Position numbers and translations under genes: made by a program. Below are positions 9,814-18,922 of a DNA stretch of 32,000 bases, piece by piece. Positions within the stretch are counted from its first letter, which is position 1; each line of letters begins with the position of its first letter. The notes under the pieces were generated by a model, which worked only from the letters and a program-made list of their open reading frames with translations, had not been told where the DNA came from and did no database searches. The stretch spans positions 17,233 through 49,232 of the forward strand of contig CAZIYE010000004.1 in assembly GCA_964543385.1 (NCBI GenBank), in the 5' to 3' direction. The DNA is from an uncultured Candidatus Saccharibacteria bacterium (lineage in GTDB: Bacteria > Patescibacteriota > UBA1384 > XYA2-FULL-43-10 > 1-14-0-10-43-13).

Positions 9814-10544
9814 TATAGATTAGCGTTTGAGTACACATTATTTACATCATCGAGATCATCGAGCGCTTCAAGTAAGATTTCGATTGATTCCATCTTGTCA
9901 GCCGGCACATCATTGTAAACTTTTGCCATTTGTATAGCCTCAGCACTGGTGACAACCACTCCGGCTGCCTCAAGATTAGATTTAACTGAATTTATATCAG
10001 GGAATTCGCAAGTAACTACGACAAGACCATCATCAACAGAAAAATCTGTAGCGCCAGAATCAATGATTGCCATTTGCATTTCTTCGCCCTTGAGAGGATT
10101 ATTTGTCTCATCAATAATGATTTGACCAACCTTATTAAAAAGATAATTAACACTGCCAGCGGAGGCCAGAGTACCACCCTTTTTATTCAGAACAGCCCTG
10201 ATTTCGCCTAGTGCTCGGTTCTTTGAGTCAGTTAGACATTCAATCATAATAGCGATACCTGCTGGTCCGTAGACTTCATAGATAATCTCTTCGAGTGCCG
10301 CACCACCATCAAGTCCCCCAAGACCTTTTTTGATTGCTCTATCGATATTGTCTTTTGGCATACTTACGGATTTTGCATTGTCGATGGCAATTCGAAGTCC
10401 TGGATTCATTGCTACGTCGCCGCTTTTACCATCACGAGCCGCGATAGTAATAAGTTTGGCTGCCTTGGTAAAAACCTTGGCGCGCTTAGAATCGATAATT
10501 GCTTTTTTATGTTTAGTTGTTGCCCATTTACTATGTCCCGACAT
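9813..10544 (-). CDS. YebC/PmpR family DNA-binding/regulatory protein
   Basis: MSGHSKWATTKHKKAIIDSKRAKVFTKAAKLITIAAR, AGPIYEVYGPAGIAIMIE-like segment, NRALGEIRAVLNKKGG. Confidence 0.95.
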   Translation of the reverse strand: MSGHSKWATTKHKKAIIDSKRAKVFTKAAKLITIAARDGKSGDVAMNPGLRIAIDNAKSVSMPKDNIDRAIKKGLGGLDGGAALEEIIYEVYGPAGIAIMIECLTDSKNRALGEIRAVLNKKGGTLASAGSVNYLFNKVGQIIIDETNNPLKGEEMQMAIIDSGATDFSVDDGLVVVTCEFPDINSVKSNLEAAGVVVTSAEAIQMAKVYNDVPADKMESIEILLEALDDLDDVNNVYSNANL

Positions 10545-10584
10545 GATAAATCCCTAGTTTGTTAATTTTAACTCTACTCTAGCC

Positions 10585-11481
10585 TCAAATGGACGTTTTT
10601 TCAAGCTTACTATCCTTATTTTCGATTTTATCATTGTTCAAGATAAAGTTGACGTTATCATCTGTTTTGTCCGTCCTTAGTATCTCTATCGACGCTTGAT
10701 TAAAATAATCGATCACAGCCTGATGCGGATGGCCGAATTGGTTATCTTTGCCAGCCATGACTATCACTGTTTTAGGCGTAGAAATCTCGTAAAGTCTTGG
10801 AAGCAAAGCATTACTGGAGCCATGATGAGGCACTTTGATAATTTCGCTCTGAAAGATATCTATCTTGCCAACTTTTTCATAATATTCCAACATGGCTTGT
10901 TGACCGTTTTTTTCTAGATCCCCCAGAGATAAAACACAATTGTCAAAATAGCAAATTTTTGACACAAGAGAGGTATCATTAAGATTACTTGTGCTTTTAC
11001 TTACAAATTGATCTCCTGGCCAAATAAAGGCAATACTGGCGTTGGCTGCAAATTGTCTTCGATCCCCTATTTTAGGTACATTGAAGGGAATCTTCTTGAT
11101 TTTTATTTTTTCGAGAAATTCGATGTATTGGGAGGAGCTAGAAATAACGCCTGTACTCAATATCTCCCCTATCTCATACCGATCCATTAGTTGATTGATT
11201 CCAATAAGGTGATCGGCATGTGGATGCGTCAATACAACTAGTTCTATCTTGCGATCCATGGGTGGCATCAGATCGCTAATTCTCGATAAAATACTATCAT
11301 CAGGTCCACCGTCAATAATGATTTGGAAGTTATCTTTCTGAACGAGAGCTGCATCACCTTGGCCGACATTCAAGAAACTGACTGAGAGCATATCCTTTTT
11401 TGGGATACGGAAAATATTTGCCGTTAGGAAGATAGCAATGCACAGCAAGATGCTAAATAATGATATAAGATAGCGGTTCAA
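10585..11481 (-). CDS. comEC: ComEC-type metallo-beta-lactamase-fold domain protein
   Basis: LSVSFLNVGQGDAALVQ, VVLTHPHADHLIG, IIKVPHHGSSNA, GHPHQAVIDYF. Start codon is TTG at 11481. Confidence 0.85.
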   Translation of the reverse strand: MNRYLISLFSILLCIAIFLTANIFRIPKKDMLSVSFLNVGQGDAALVQKDNFQIIIDGGPDDSILSRISDLMPPMDRKIELVVLTHPHADHLIGINQLMDRYEIGEILSTGVISSSSQYIEFLEKIKIKKIPFNVPKIGDRRQFAANASIAFIWPGDQFVSKSTSNLNDTSLVSKICYFDNCVLSLGDLEKNGQQAMLEYYEKVGKIDIFQSEIIKVPHHGSSNALLPRLYEISTPKTVIVMAGKDNQFGHPHQAVIDYFNQASIEILRTDKTDDNVNFILNNDKIENKDSKLEKTSI

Positions 11482-11483
11482 TA

Positions 11484-12941
11484 CTATTTCCCAAAATTAA
11501 TTGATGAAAGCGGGATATTAGCAAGAAATTCAACCATCCGCAGAATATATTCAAGACCTGGCCATAATGCTGCAACTGCAACTTTGCCAATTGGATAACA
11601 AATAATACCAAGTAAGCCAGTGGCAAATGTGGCAAGCATAATCCAAGGAACTATCCAGACTACGAGGATATTGGCGATTGGCGAAATTATAGAAACTAAG
11701 CCAAATTGGCAGAGAATCAGTGGAGTAACCGCAAATTGTGCACCCAAAGTTTCAGATAATGCTAACCTTACATTTTCCGGTAAGAAATTTGTCCTTTTCT
11801 TCTCTAGATATCGGGCTATCACCGGAGCCAAATAAATCAATCCGGCAAAGGCCAAGAAGGATAACTGGAAGCCAATATCATATGGCAAAATGTATGGATT
11901 CATCAAGACCATAACCATTGCTGCAAGAAGTAATAAATTAGTTTGATCTGCTCTTCTTCCGATGGTTGAGCCGAATAAGATGAGTAAAGAAAATATTGCT
12001 GCTCGAACTACGCTCGCCGAACCTCCGGTCATGACAACAAAGAGTGTAACTAAAATTATGCCCAGCAAAAAAGTTTGTCGACGGCCAAGATATATGACTA
12101 AAGATTTGGCGAATATTGCGATTAGGATTGTGACGTTAAAGCCCGACAAGGCAATAATATGAGTAAGTCCTGTTTTCTGGAGATCAAGCATCAGATCGTC
12201 CGGAATATTTTTCTTGACACCCAGCAATATACCAGAAGCTAAAGATGAGTGTGGCTCTGGCAATAATCTATTGAGAGAATTTTCAAAAGTGTTTGCTATG
12301 TTGTATAGAAAACCATATACCCTATCTGTTGGATTGGCTGAAAAACCTTGGAAACTAATTTTTGTAGGGCTTTTTATCTCTCCGACAATATGCCATCTCT
12401 TGAGATAGTTTTTATAGTCAAAACCAGAAAAATTCTCTGGTTCTGAAATTTTACCCTGCAAATTTAAATATTCACCGAAATGATATTCTGGAAATGTAGG
12501 AAGACGAACAATTACTTTTGCCCCAATCATCTCTTCTGAAGTGGCACCGTCTGCTAAGCATTTCTCGATGCTAATAACGACCTTTTGATTTTTGTAGTTT
12601 GGCTCAGGCCTCTGAGATATCTTTCCGACTATCTCTAAATCCTTTTCAAATGTTATATTTCGCTGATTTTTCCAATCATTGTATGAATAAAATCCAGATC
12701 CCAAAAAAAGAAAAAACAGACAAAAAGAGATAAGAACCAAAATTTTTGATTTGAACAAATAGTTAAAGAGTGCGGCACAAAGTAGTGCAATAATTACATA
12801 TAAAAATATCTGCCACGACACGGAAAAATTAATATTTACGAGAGAGGCAATAAAAATACCAGCAAGAAACGATGAACAGAGGACCGTAAAAATACGGTAT
12901 GGATAATAAATATCTTTAAAGATTTTAGCTAGAGAAGCCAT
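11484..12941 (-). CDS. comEC: ComEC/Rec2 N-terminal and competence (polytopic membrane) domain protein
   Basis: DUF4131-like N-terminus, GLTHIIALSGFNVTIL, TGGSASVVRAAI, LPYDIGFQLSFLAFAGLIYLAP signatures of the Competence domain; ends before the MBL domain. Confidence 0.88.
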   Translation of the reverse strand: MASLAKIFKDIYYPYRIFTVLCSSFLAGIFIASLVNINFSVSWQIFLYVIIALLCAALFNYLFKSKILVLISFCLFFLFLGSGFYSYNDWKNQRNITFEKDLEIVGKISQRPEPNYKNQKVVISIEKCLADGATSEEMIGAKVIVRLPTFPEYHFGEYLNLQGKISEPENFSGFDYKNYLKRWHIVGEIKSPTKISFQGFSANPTDRVYGFLYNIANTFENSLNRLLPEPHSSLASGILLGVKKNIPDDLMLDLQKTGLTHIIALSGFNVTILIAIFAKSLVIYLGRRQTFLLGIILVTLFVVMTGGSASVVRAAIFSLLILFGSTIGRRADQTNLLLLAAMVMVLMNPYILPYDIGFQLSFLAFAGLIYLAPVIARYLEKKRTNFLPENVRLALSETLGAQFAVTPLILCQFGLVSIISPIANILVVWIVPWIMLATFATGLLGIICYPIGKVAVAALWPGLEYILRMVEFLANIPLSSINFGK

Positions 12942-12998
12942 TGGCCACAGCTTATATTAGGTTAACTTCACTATATCATAAAAAGTTTTTGGCGCGGA

Positions 12999-13028
12999 TT
13001 GCTGTTGAATATTATGGCAAGTTATACT
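12999..13028 (+). promoter_or_regulatory. Candidate sigma70-type promoter for grpE
   Basis: TTGCTG (12999-13004), 18 nt, TATACT (13023-13028), 38 nt upstream of the grpE ATG. Confidence 0.4.
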
Positions 13029-13066
13029 ATTAATAGATTAAGGATTATTAAATTTATTTAAAGATT

Positions 13067-13561
13067 ATGAAAAAAGAAGATAAAAAAACCGTAAAACAGG
13101 AAGAAGCTCCCGAGGTTTCTGAAAATGAGCAAAAAATCGGCGAACTAACGCTTGGATGGCAACGCTGTCAGGCTGATTTTCAAAATTACCGCCGCCAAGT
13201 TGAAGAAGACCGTAAAAAATTACTTAAACTAGCTAATGCCGACCTTATGATGGAGATATTACCGGTATTAGACAATTTTCAGCTTGCAGCTAAACATGTG
13301 CCGACAGAATTAGAAACCAACAATTGGGCACAAGGAATCAGACAAATCGAAAAGCAACTTGAGACTATATTGGAGAGCGAGGGCCTGACTCGAATACAGA
13401 CTGTTGGCTCTGAATTTAATCCCCATCTTCACGAAGCTATAGAACACGTTGAGTCCAATCAGCCAGAGGGTATAATTACCGAAGAAATCTCTGCCGGTTA
13501 TGAATTTGATGGTACATCACTTCGACCGGCTAAAGTGAAAGTCTCATGCGGAAATAAATAA
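13067..13561 (+). CDS. grpE: Nucleotide exchange factor GrpE
   Basis: WQRCQADFQNYRRQVEEDRKK, LPVLDNFQLA, GLTRIQTVGSEFNPHLHEAI, EISAGYEFDGTSLRPAKVKVS; next to dnaK. Confidence 0.92.
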   Translation: MKKEDKKTVKQEEAPEVSENEQKIGELTLGWQRCQADFQNYRRQVEEDRKKLLKLANADLMMEILPVLDNFQLAAKHVPTELETNNWAQGIRQIEKQLETILESEGLTRIQTVGSEFNPHLHEAIEHVESNQPEGIITEEISAGYEFDGTSLRPAKVKVSCGNK

Positions 13562-13679
13562 TTTGCGTAATATATAGCAGACTTAATTAGCTATCGACTT
13601 AGACAGCTTGTCTTTTTTGTGTTATAAGGAATTCAGTGCCAATCATGGCCGAAACTCCCCTTTTCAAAAGGAGCCCCAT

Positions 13680-13988
13680 ATGTTGTTTGTGGACACATCA
13701 CTGCTGTCAGCAGCAGGGGCAGTGATCTTCCGTGTCGGAGGTGGATTAGAAAGCATCACCATCGATGACGTTGCACGGATCGTTGAACTTTACAACGGCG
13801 AAAGCAAGGAGCGACTCCTTGCACTGGCCTACATCGACGCGATCAAGGCGCGTGCCGCCTCGGACGGCAACACCGGCAAATTCGCCGAAATCGCCGCTGC
13901 GCTCGATGCTGCGCTCACCCCACGCGAGAAGGACATAACTCCCCTTCTCGAATCACTCCATCTGCCCGGAATGGGTGATGAGGGATAA
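13680..13988 (+). CDS. Small hypothetical protein (102 aa), GC-rich relative to surroundings
   Basis: ATG at 13680 preceded by AAAGGAG at a suitable distance; followed by a strong structured terminator; codon composition clearly more GC-rich than neighbours by hand count. Start at MLFVDTSLL rather than 13608. Confidence 0.6.
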   Translation: MLFVDTSLLSAAGAVIFRVGGGLESITIDDVARIVELYNGESKERLLALAYIDAIKARAASDGNTGKFAEIAAALDAALTPREKDITPLLESLHLPGMGDEG

Positions 13989-13996
13989 CATCCTCG

Positions 13997-14053
13997 AAAG
14001 CAAAAAGAGAGGGATCTCCACGCCGCCCATGGATTGGGCGGTTTTGCTTTTCT
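13997..14053 (+). terminator. Structured terminator (branched hairpin) after the small GC-rich ORF
   Basis: Outer stem AAAGCAAAA (13997-14005) with TTTTGCTTT (14042-14050); inner CCGCCCA (14023-14029) with TGGGCGG (14035-14041); additional GAGA-GGGA-TCTC hairpin; T-rich 3' side. Confidence 0.75.
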
Positions 14054-14119
14054 GGTCTTAATTTTGTCAATTACACACAATAAAATCGGATTGTCGCTTA
14101 TAAAAAATCAAAAAAGGTC

Positions 14120-14150
14120 TTGACAAAATGTAAAGTCTACTTTACATTTT
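14120..14150 (+). promoter_or_regulatory. Candidate dnaK promoter overlapped by a near-perfect 26-bp palindromic operator
   Basis: TTGACA (14120-14125), 17 nt, TACATT (14143-14148); palindrome AAAATGTAAAGT-CT-ACTTTACATTTT at 14125-14150. Confidence 0.65.
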
Positions 14151-14238
14151 ATATGTATTGGTTATAATATAATCAAGCAATAACAATTGCCTTCGGGCAA
14201 GATTAACAAAGAAATTAAGTAATAAATAGGAGAACGAT

Positions 14239-16104
14239 ATGTCAAAGATCATCGGTATTGACCTTGGTACTACAAATTCAGCCGTGGCTGTAATGGAAGG
14301 TGGCGAGGCAAAGATCATTACTTCAAGCGAAGGTGGACGCACAGTACCATCGATAGTTGCAGAAACTAAAAAGGGAGATAGATTAATTGGCCAACTAGCC
14401 AAGAGACAAGCTGTCACAAATGGTGATAATACTATTTTTTCGGTCAAACGTTTTATTGGTCGCAAATTTGATGATCCAGAAGTTCAGGCAGACCTCAAGA
14501 AAATGCCTTATGAGACCAAAAAGGCCTCTGATGGCTCCGTCCGAGTAATTATGAATGGCAAGGAATATAGTTCTCAGGAAATCTCTGCTTTCATTCTACA
14601 AAAAATTAAGGCTGATGCTGAAACCTATCTAGGTGGCAAAGTAACAGAAGCTGTTATCACTGTACCTGCGTATTTCAATGATGCACAACGCCAAGCTACC
14701 AAAGACGCCGGTAAGATTGCTGGGCTTGAGGTAAAAAGAATTATCAACGAGCCAACAGCTGCGGCTCTGGCTTATGGTTTGGACAAAAATAAAAATGAAA
14801 AGATCGCTGTTTATGACCTTGGTGGTGGTACTTTTGATATCACTATACTTGAGCTTGGAGATGGTGTCTTTGAAGTAAAAGCTACCAATGGTGATACTCA
14901 TCTTGGTGGTGATGATTTTGATCAGGTCATTATGGATCATATTATTGATGAATTCAAAAAAGATCAGGGAATTGATCTACATTCCGACAAAGCTGCTATC
15001 CAGCGTGTCAAAGAAGCTGCTGAGAAAGCTAAAATTGAGCTTTCAACAGCTGTCGAATCAGAAATCAATCTACCCTTTGTTACCGCTGATGCCTCCGGTC
15101 CTAAACATCTGCAAATGACTATCACTAGATCAGATTTGGAAAAGATGATCGGTTCATTGATCGAGCAAACCCTCAAACCTTGTGAACTTGTCTTGAAAGA
15201 TTCGAAACTACAAAAAAGCGAGATTAATGAAGTTATTCTTGTTGGTGGTATGACTCGTATGCCAGCTGTCCGCGAGGCCGTCAAGAAGTTCTTTGGCAAA
15301 GAGCCAAATCATTCAGTCAATCCTGATGAAGCAGTTGCTCTCGGCGCTGCAATCCAGGGTGGTGTTCTAGGTGGTGAAGTCAAAGATCTTTTACTCCTCG
15401 ATGTTACCCCCCTATCTCTAGGTATCGAAACACTTGGCGGAGTCTTCACCAAATTAATTGAGAGAAATACGACTATCCCAACCTCAAAATCAGAGACATT
15501 TTCTACTGCTGCCGACAATCAAACAAGTGTAGAAATCCATGTTTTACAGGGAGAGCGCGAATTTGCTAAGGATAATAAGACTCTCGGAAGATTCACTCTC
15601 GATGGTCTACCTCCTGCGCCTAGAGGCGTTCCTCAAGTAGAAGTAACTTTTGATATCGATGCCAACGGCATTGTAAATGTAAAGGCTATGGACAAGGCGA
15701 CCAGCAAAGAACAAAAAATTACTATCACTTCATCTTCTGGTTTATCAGAACAAGAAATCGAGCGTATGAAGAAGGAAGCCGAAGAGCATGCTGACGAAGA
15801 CAAGCAAAAGAAAGAGCTAATCGAAGCACGAAATATGGCTGACAGCTTGATTTACACCGCAGAGAAGTCCCTCAAAGATGCCGGCGACAAAGCTGATTCA
15901 AATTTGAAAGCTGATGTTGAGCAAAAGATCCAAGCGCTAAAAGATGTCAAAGACAAAGAAGTGCTTGATGAGATCAAAACTCAGACAGAGGGTTTGAGTA
16001 AATCACTCCAAGAGCTTGGCGCTGCAATGTACAAACAAGCAGAGCAACAGCCTAAGGGAGAGGAAGTAAAGCCAGAGGAAGAGAATAAAGAAGAAAATAA
16101 ATAA
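14239..16104 (+). CDS. dnaK: Molecular chaperone DnaK (Hsp70)
   Basis: [95 protein letters not shown]. Confidence 0.98.
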   Translation: MSKIIGIDLGTTNSAVAVMEGGEAKIITSSEGGRTVPSIVAETKKGDRLIGQLAKRQAVTNGDNTIFSVKRFIGRKFDDPEVQADLKKMPYETKKASDGSVRVIMNGKEYSSQEISAFILQKIKADAETYLGGKVTEAVITVPAYFNDAQRQATKDAGKIAGLEVKRIINEPTAAALAYGLDKNKNEKIAVYDLGGGTFDITILELGDGVFEVKATNGDTHLGGDDFDQVIMDHIIDEFKKDQGIDLHSDKAAIQRVKEAAEKAKIELSTAVESEINLPFVTADASGPKHLQMTITRSDLEKMIGSLIEQTLKPCELVLKDSKLQKSEINEVILVGGMTRMPAVREAVKKFFGKEPNHSVNPDEAVALGAAIQGGVLGGEVKDLLLLDVTPLSLGIETLGGVFTKLIERNTTIPTSKSETFSTAADNQTSVEIHVLQGEREFAKDNKTLGRFTLDGLPPAPRGVPQVEVTFDIDANGIVNVKAMDKATSKEQKITITSSSGLSEQEIERMKKEAEEHADEDKQKKELIEARNMADSLIYTAEKSLKDAGDKADSNLKADVEQKIQALKDVKDKEVLDEIKTQTEGLSKSLQELGAAMYKQAEQQPKGEEVKPEEENKEENK

Positions 16105-16118
16105 TTCCGTTTCTATCA

Positions 16119-16140
16119 TCGCCCCTTGCTAGAGGGGCGA
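16119..16140 (+). other. GC-rich hairpin downstream of dnaK
   Basis: TCGCCCCT-TGCTAG-AGGGGCGA, 8-bp perfect stem, no following U-tract. Confidence 0.6.
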
Positions 16141-16236
16141 GATGGAGATAGAATAATATTAGTTAATTCTTATTTTTAAATTATGATTGGGATTAGCTAA
16201 TAAACGGAGGGTCTCGATAAACATCGAGATGTTTAG

Positions 16237-16887
16237 ATGAATTTTCGCCAACCGGCAATTTATATCATCATTTTTATTTCCTTGGCCATTGCGTTGGGCT
16301 GGTCATACTTCAGTAAGAAGAAAGACACTAAGACAACTACCAAAACAACGACAACTCAGCAACCAACCGAGGAAAAGATTTCTAATTTGACCAACATTGA
16401 CCCTGCTGATTTTGATTCTATTACCAAAGATACTTATGCCCTGGCAAGTTCAAAATCTTTGGAGGCTAGTAGTGGTAACAAGCTCGCCGCTGTAGAAGTA
16501 AAAATTGATGGTAATTTGTCGCCAGATACAATCACAACACGATATGTCTTTAGTTCATCAGGGGATACTGATAACAATTGGGTGATAGCATTTTCCGGCA
16601 AGAGTAATAAATATGTTCGGATGCTCACACCTGTCAAAGATTTTATGGGAGTACTTAGCCCCATGAATACTAAGGCCTGGAAATATAATTTTGTGACTGC
16701 ACTTCAACTGGCTGAGAAAAACGGTGGATTAGCTTGGCGAGAAAACCAGAAGCTTCAGGGAATAAAGTTGACATTGAAACATACTGGCAAGAAAGCATGG
16801 CTGCTGTGGGTCGTCGAATACGAAGGAGAAACTGATAAATTCGCTATCCAACTTGATGCTAATTCTGGTAGAGTAGTTGAGGAATAA
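16237..16887 (+). CDS. Hypothetical membrane-anchored protein (216 aa) between dnaK and dnaJ
   Basis: Single N-terminal TM helix, KKKDTKTTTKTTTTQQPT linker, then a soluble domain. I cannot assign the family with certainty. Confidence 0.65.
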   Translation: MNFRQPAIYIIIFISLAIALGWSYFSKKKDTKTTTKTTTTQQPTEEKISNLTNIDPADFDSITKDTYALASSKSLEASSGNKLAAVEVKIDGNLSPDTITTRYVFSSSGDTDNNWVIAFSGKSNKYVRMLTPVKDFMGVLSPMNTKAWKYNFVTALQLAEKNGGLAWRENQKLQGIKLTLKHTGKKAWLLWVVEYEGETDKFAIQLDANSGRVVEE

Positions 16888-16979
16888 TTAACATTTTAAT
16901 GTCATTCCGATCACCTACCCGCAAATACTAGAAGATCGATTTGCAGGCAGTAATTAGGATGACATTTTTTAAGACATTT

Positions 16980-17609
16980 ATGGCAACAGATCATTATAAA
17001 ACACTAGGCATTTCCAAAAATGCCACCACAGAAGAGATAAAGAAGGCTTATAGAAAGCTTGCTTTGCAATACCATCCTGATCGAGGCGGAGACAAAGAAT
17101 CGGAAAAAAAGTTCAAGGAAGTAAATGAAGCCTATCAGATCCTCTCGGATCCAGAAAAGAGGAAAAGATACGATCAATTCGGCGACGCAGCTTTCAAGGG
17201 AGGCGGATATAGCAGAGGTCAGGAATACGGAGGCTTTGACTTCTCCGGTTTTGGCGGAGGTGATTTTTCTGGTTTTGGCGGAGGGCTCGGGGATATTTTT
17301 GAAGATTTCTTTGGCCAGCAACTTTCACAAGTTCAGGCCGAGTTAAATATTACTCCTTCACAGGCTGTATTGGGTGACAAGATAAATCTAGAGGTTGGCG
17401 GAGAAAAAGTATCTCTTGATATTCCAGCAGGAGTCCAAAGCGGCATGTCATTTCGCTTTCCCGGAAAAGGTAGAGCATATAGAGGTGGCAAAAAGGGCGA
17501 TCTGATATTGACTATAAATATTCAAATGCCAAAACATATCTCCAAAGAGCAGCGTGAATTATGGGAAAAGCTTCGGGAATCTGAATCGAAGAAAAAGTGG
17601 TGGGGATAA
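16980..17609 (+). CDS. dnaJ: Compact DnaJ-family co-chaperone
   Basis: [38 protein letters not shown] with HPD motif, G/F-rich region, [20 protein letters not shown]. No CxxCxGxG repeats. Start set at MATDHYK (16980). Confidence 0.92.
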   Translation: MATDHYKTLGISKNATTEEIKKAYRKLALQYHPDRGGDKESEKKFKEVNEAYQILSDPEKRKRYDQFGDAAFKGGGYSRGQEYGGFDFSGFGGGDFSGFGGGLGDIFEDFFGQQLSQVQAELNITPSQAVLGDKINLEVGGEKVSLDIPAGVQSGMSFRFPGKGRAYRGGKKGDLILTINIQMPKHISKEQRELWEKLRESESKKKWWG

Positions 17610-17703
17610 GCCTTGGATAATTTGTTGACTTTACCCACCAATTATCCGATAATTAAATAAACAAATCTGGTGCTTTGCTTTATTACTTCGGAGGGATATA
17701 TTA

Positions 17704-18210
17704 ATGCAGCTTCCCAGTGTGGATGTGTTTATAGGTCTGTTTTTCCTTGTTGGTGTTGTTTATAGCTTTCTGTTGCAACGCGGCAGGACTATTACAACGC
17801 TATGTTCTGTATATATTGGCATCGTGATAGCCTCTAGTTTTTCGCAAACTGTGTTTGAATTTTTCAATGGCAATAAGGTGATCGCCAATCAAGTTTGGAT
17901 CAGGGGCAATACTTCCACATCTACTATTGCTATAGTGCTTTTCTTGGCCTCGATAGTGCTGGTCTCAGGAGCAATCAATTCTAAAAACAGTAAATCTGAT
18001 GATATTTCTGTCACAGAGGTTCTGGTCTATAGCGTCTTGATGATCGCATTGATGATCACTACCGTAATGGGATTCCTGCCAGAAGCAGCTAGAAATCACT
18101 ACATTGAATCATCCATAGTCGCCAAGTATATTTATGCATGGAGGACATTTTTTGTGATCATGCCACCCATCATGCTCATTATCTTAAACTGGAGAAAAGA
18201 TAAAAAATAA
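17704..18210 (+). CDS. Putative CvpA-like multi-pass membrane protein
   Basis: Four hydrophobic segments with the general CvpA layout; family assignment from shape only. Confidence 0.45.
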   Translation: MQLPSVDVFIGLFFLVGVVYSFLLQRGRTITTLCSVYIGIVIASSFSQTVFEFFNGNKVIANQVWIRGNTSTSTIAIVLFLASIVLVSGAINSKNSKSDDISVTEVLVYSVLMIALMITTVMGFLPEAARNHYIESSIVAKYIYAWRTFFVIMPPIMLIILNWRKDKK

Positions 18211-18221
18211 CTGGAGAAATT

Positions 18222-18575
18222 ATGCTCTTGCTTCGTTGGATTTTGAATACACTTATACTTATTTTAGTAGCTAGACTGACCCCTGGTATCGAGTTTACCT
18301 CTTTTTGGTCTGCATTGATTGCCTCGCTAGTTCTAGGACTCTTAAATGCGTTAATTAGACCTCTTATCCTATTATTAACACTTCCAATTAACATCTTAAC
18401 TCTCGGACTTTTCACTTTGATTATAAATGCACTGATGTTTTGGATAGCCAGCAATATTGTTAGGGGTTTTAATATCACTGACTTTACTTCAGCCTTTTTC
18501 GGTGCTTTAATTTATAGTGCAATTGTGATGATCATAAATTATCTCGAAAAACCAAGCATTAAGAAGATTAGATAG
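18222..18575 (+). CDS. Phage holin family 4 / YvlD-like membrane protein
   Basis: LARLTPGIEFTSFWSALIASLVLGLLNALIRPLILLLTLPINILTLGLFTLIINALMFWIAS matches the family pattern. Confidence 0.85.
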   Translation: MLLLRWILNTLILILVARLTPGIEFTSFWSALIASLVLGLLNALIRPLILLLTLPINILTLGLFTLIINALMFWIASNIVRGFNITDFTSAFFGALIYSAIVMIINYLEKPSIKKIR

Positions 18576-18668
18576 GCCTCATATTATATATTTGCTGAAC
18601 CCTGTTTTTCAATTGACTTTATCGCCCAAAAGAGGTATTATTCTATCAGTAAATTCACCTACCATTGT

Positions 18669-18743
18669 GGGCCGTTAGCTCAATGGTAGAGCAGTGGCCT
18701 TTTAAGCCATTGGTTCTGGGTTCGATCCCCAGGCGGCCCACCA
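18669..18743 (+). tRNA. tRNA-Lys(TTT), CCA encoded
   Basis: GGGCCGT/GCGGCCC acceptor, GCTC...GAGC D-arm, anticodon loop CTTTTAA, T-arm CTGGGTTCGATCCCCAG, terminal CCA. Confidence 0.95.
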
Positions 18744-18750
18744 ATAAAAA

Positions 18751-18778
18751 CGCATCACAAAAGTGGTGTTTTTTTATT
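18751..18778 (+). terminator. Rho-independent terminator of tRNA-Lys
   Basis: Stem CATCAC/GTGGTG around an AAAA loop followed by TTTTTTT. Confidence 0.75.
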
Positions 18779-18922
18779 GTTTTTTATGTTCGACTCCTCG
18801 CTTGTCAACCAAAGATTTAATATCCCTAGAGATATTTTTTAAAACGGTAATTGCTTGACTATATCAATGCAAGGCTTTAGATTAGTAACTTGCTACTTTT
18901 ATTAATATACAAGAGATTACCA

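Noticed and set aside
11481-11484. Programmed -1 frameshifting producing a full-length ComEC
   Set aside because: The frame relation is compatible, but I found no convincing X XXY YYZ slippery heptamer at the junction; separate initiation at TTG is simpler.
13829-14080. 83-aa minus-strand ORF opposite the GC-rich orphan gene
   Set aside because: It runs antisense through the plus-strand coding ORF and its terminator; the plus ORF has a clear SD and terminator.
14120-14150. CIRCE/HrcA operator at dnaK
   Set aside because: The palindrome sequence and spacing do not match CIRCE, so I report it as an unknown operator.
14964-15518. Antisense ORFs within dnaK
   Set aside because: Shadow ORFs opposite a highly conserved gene.
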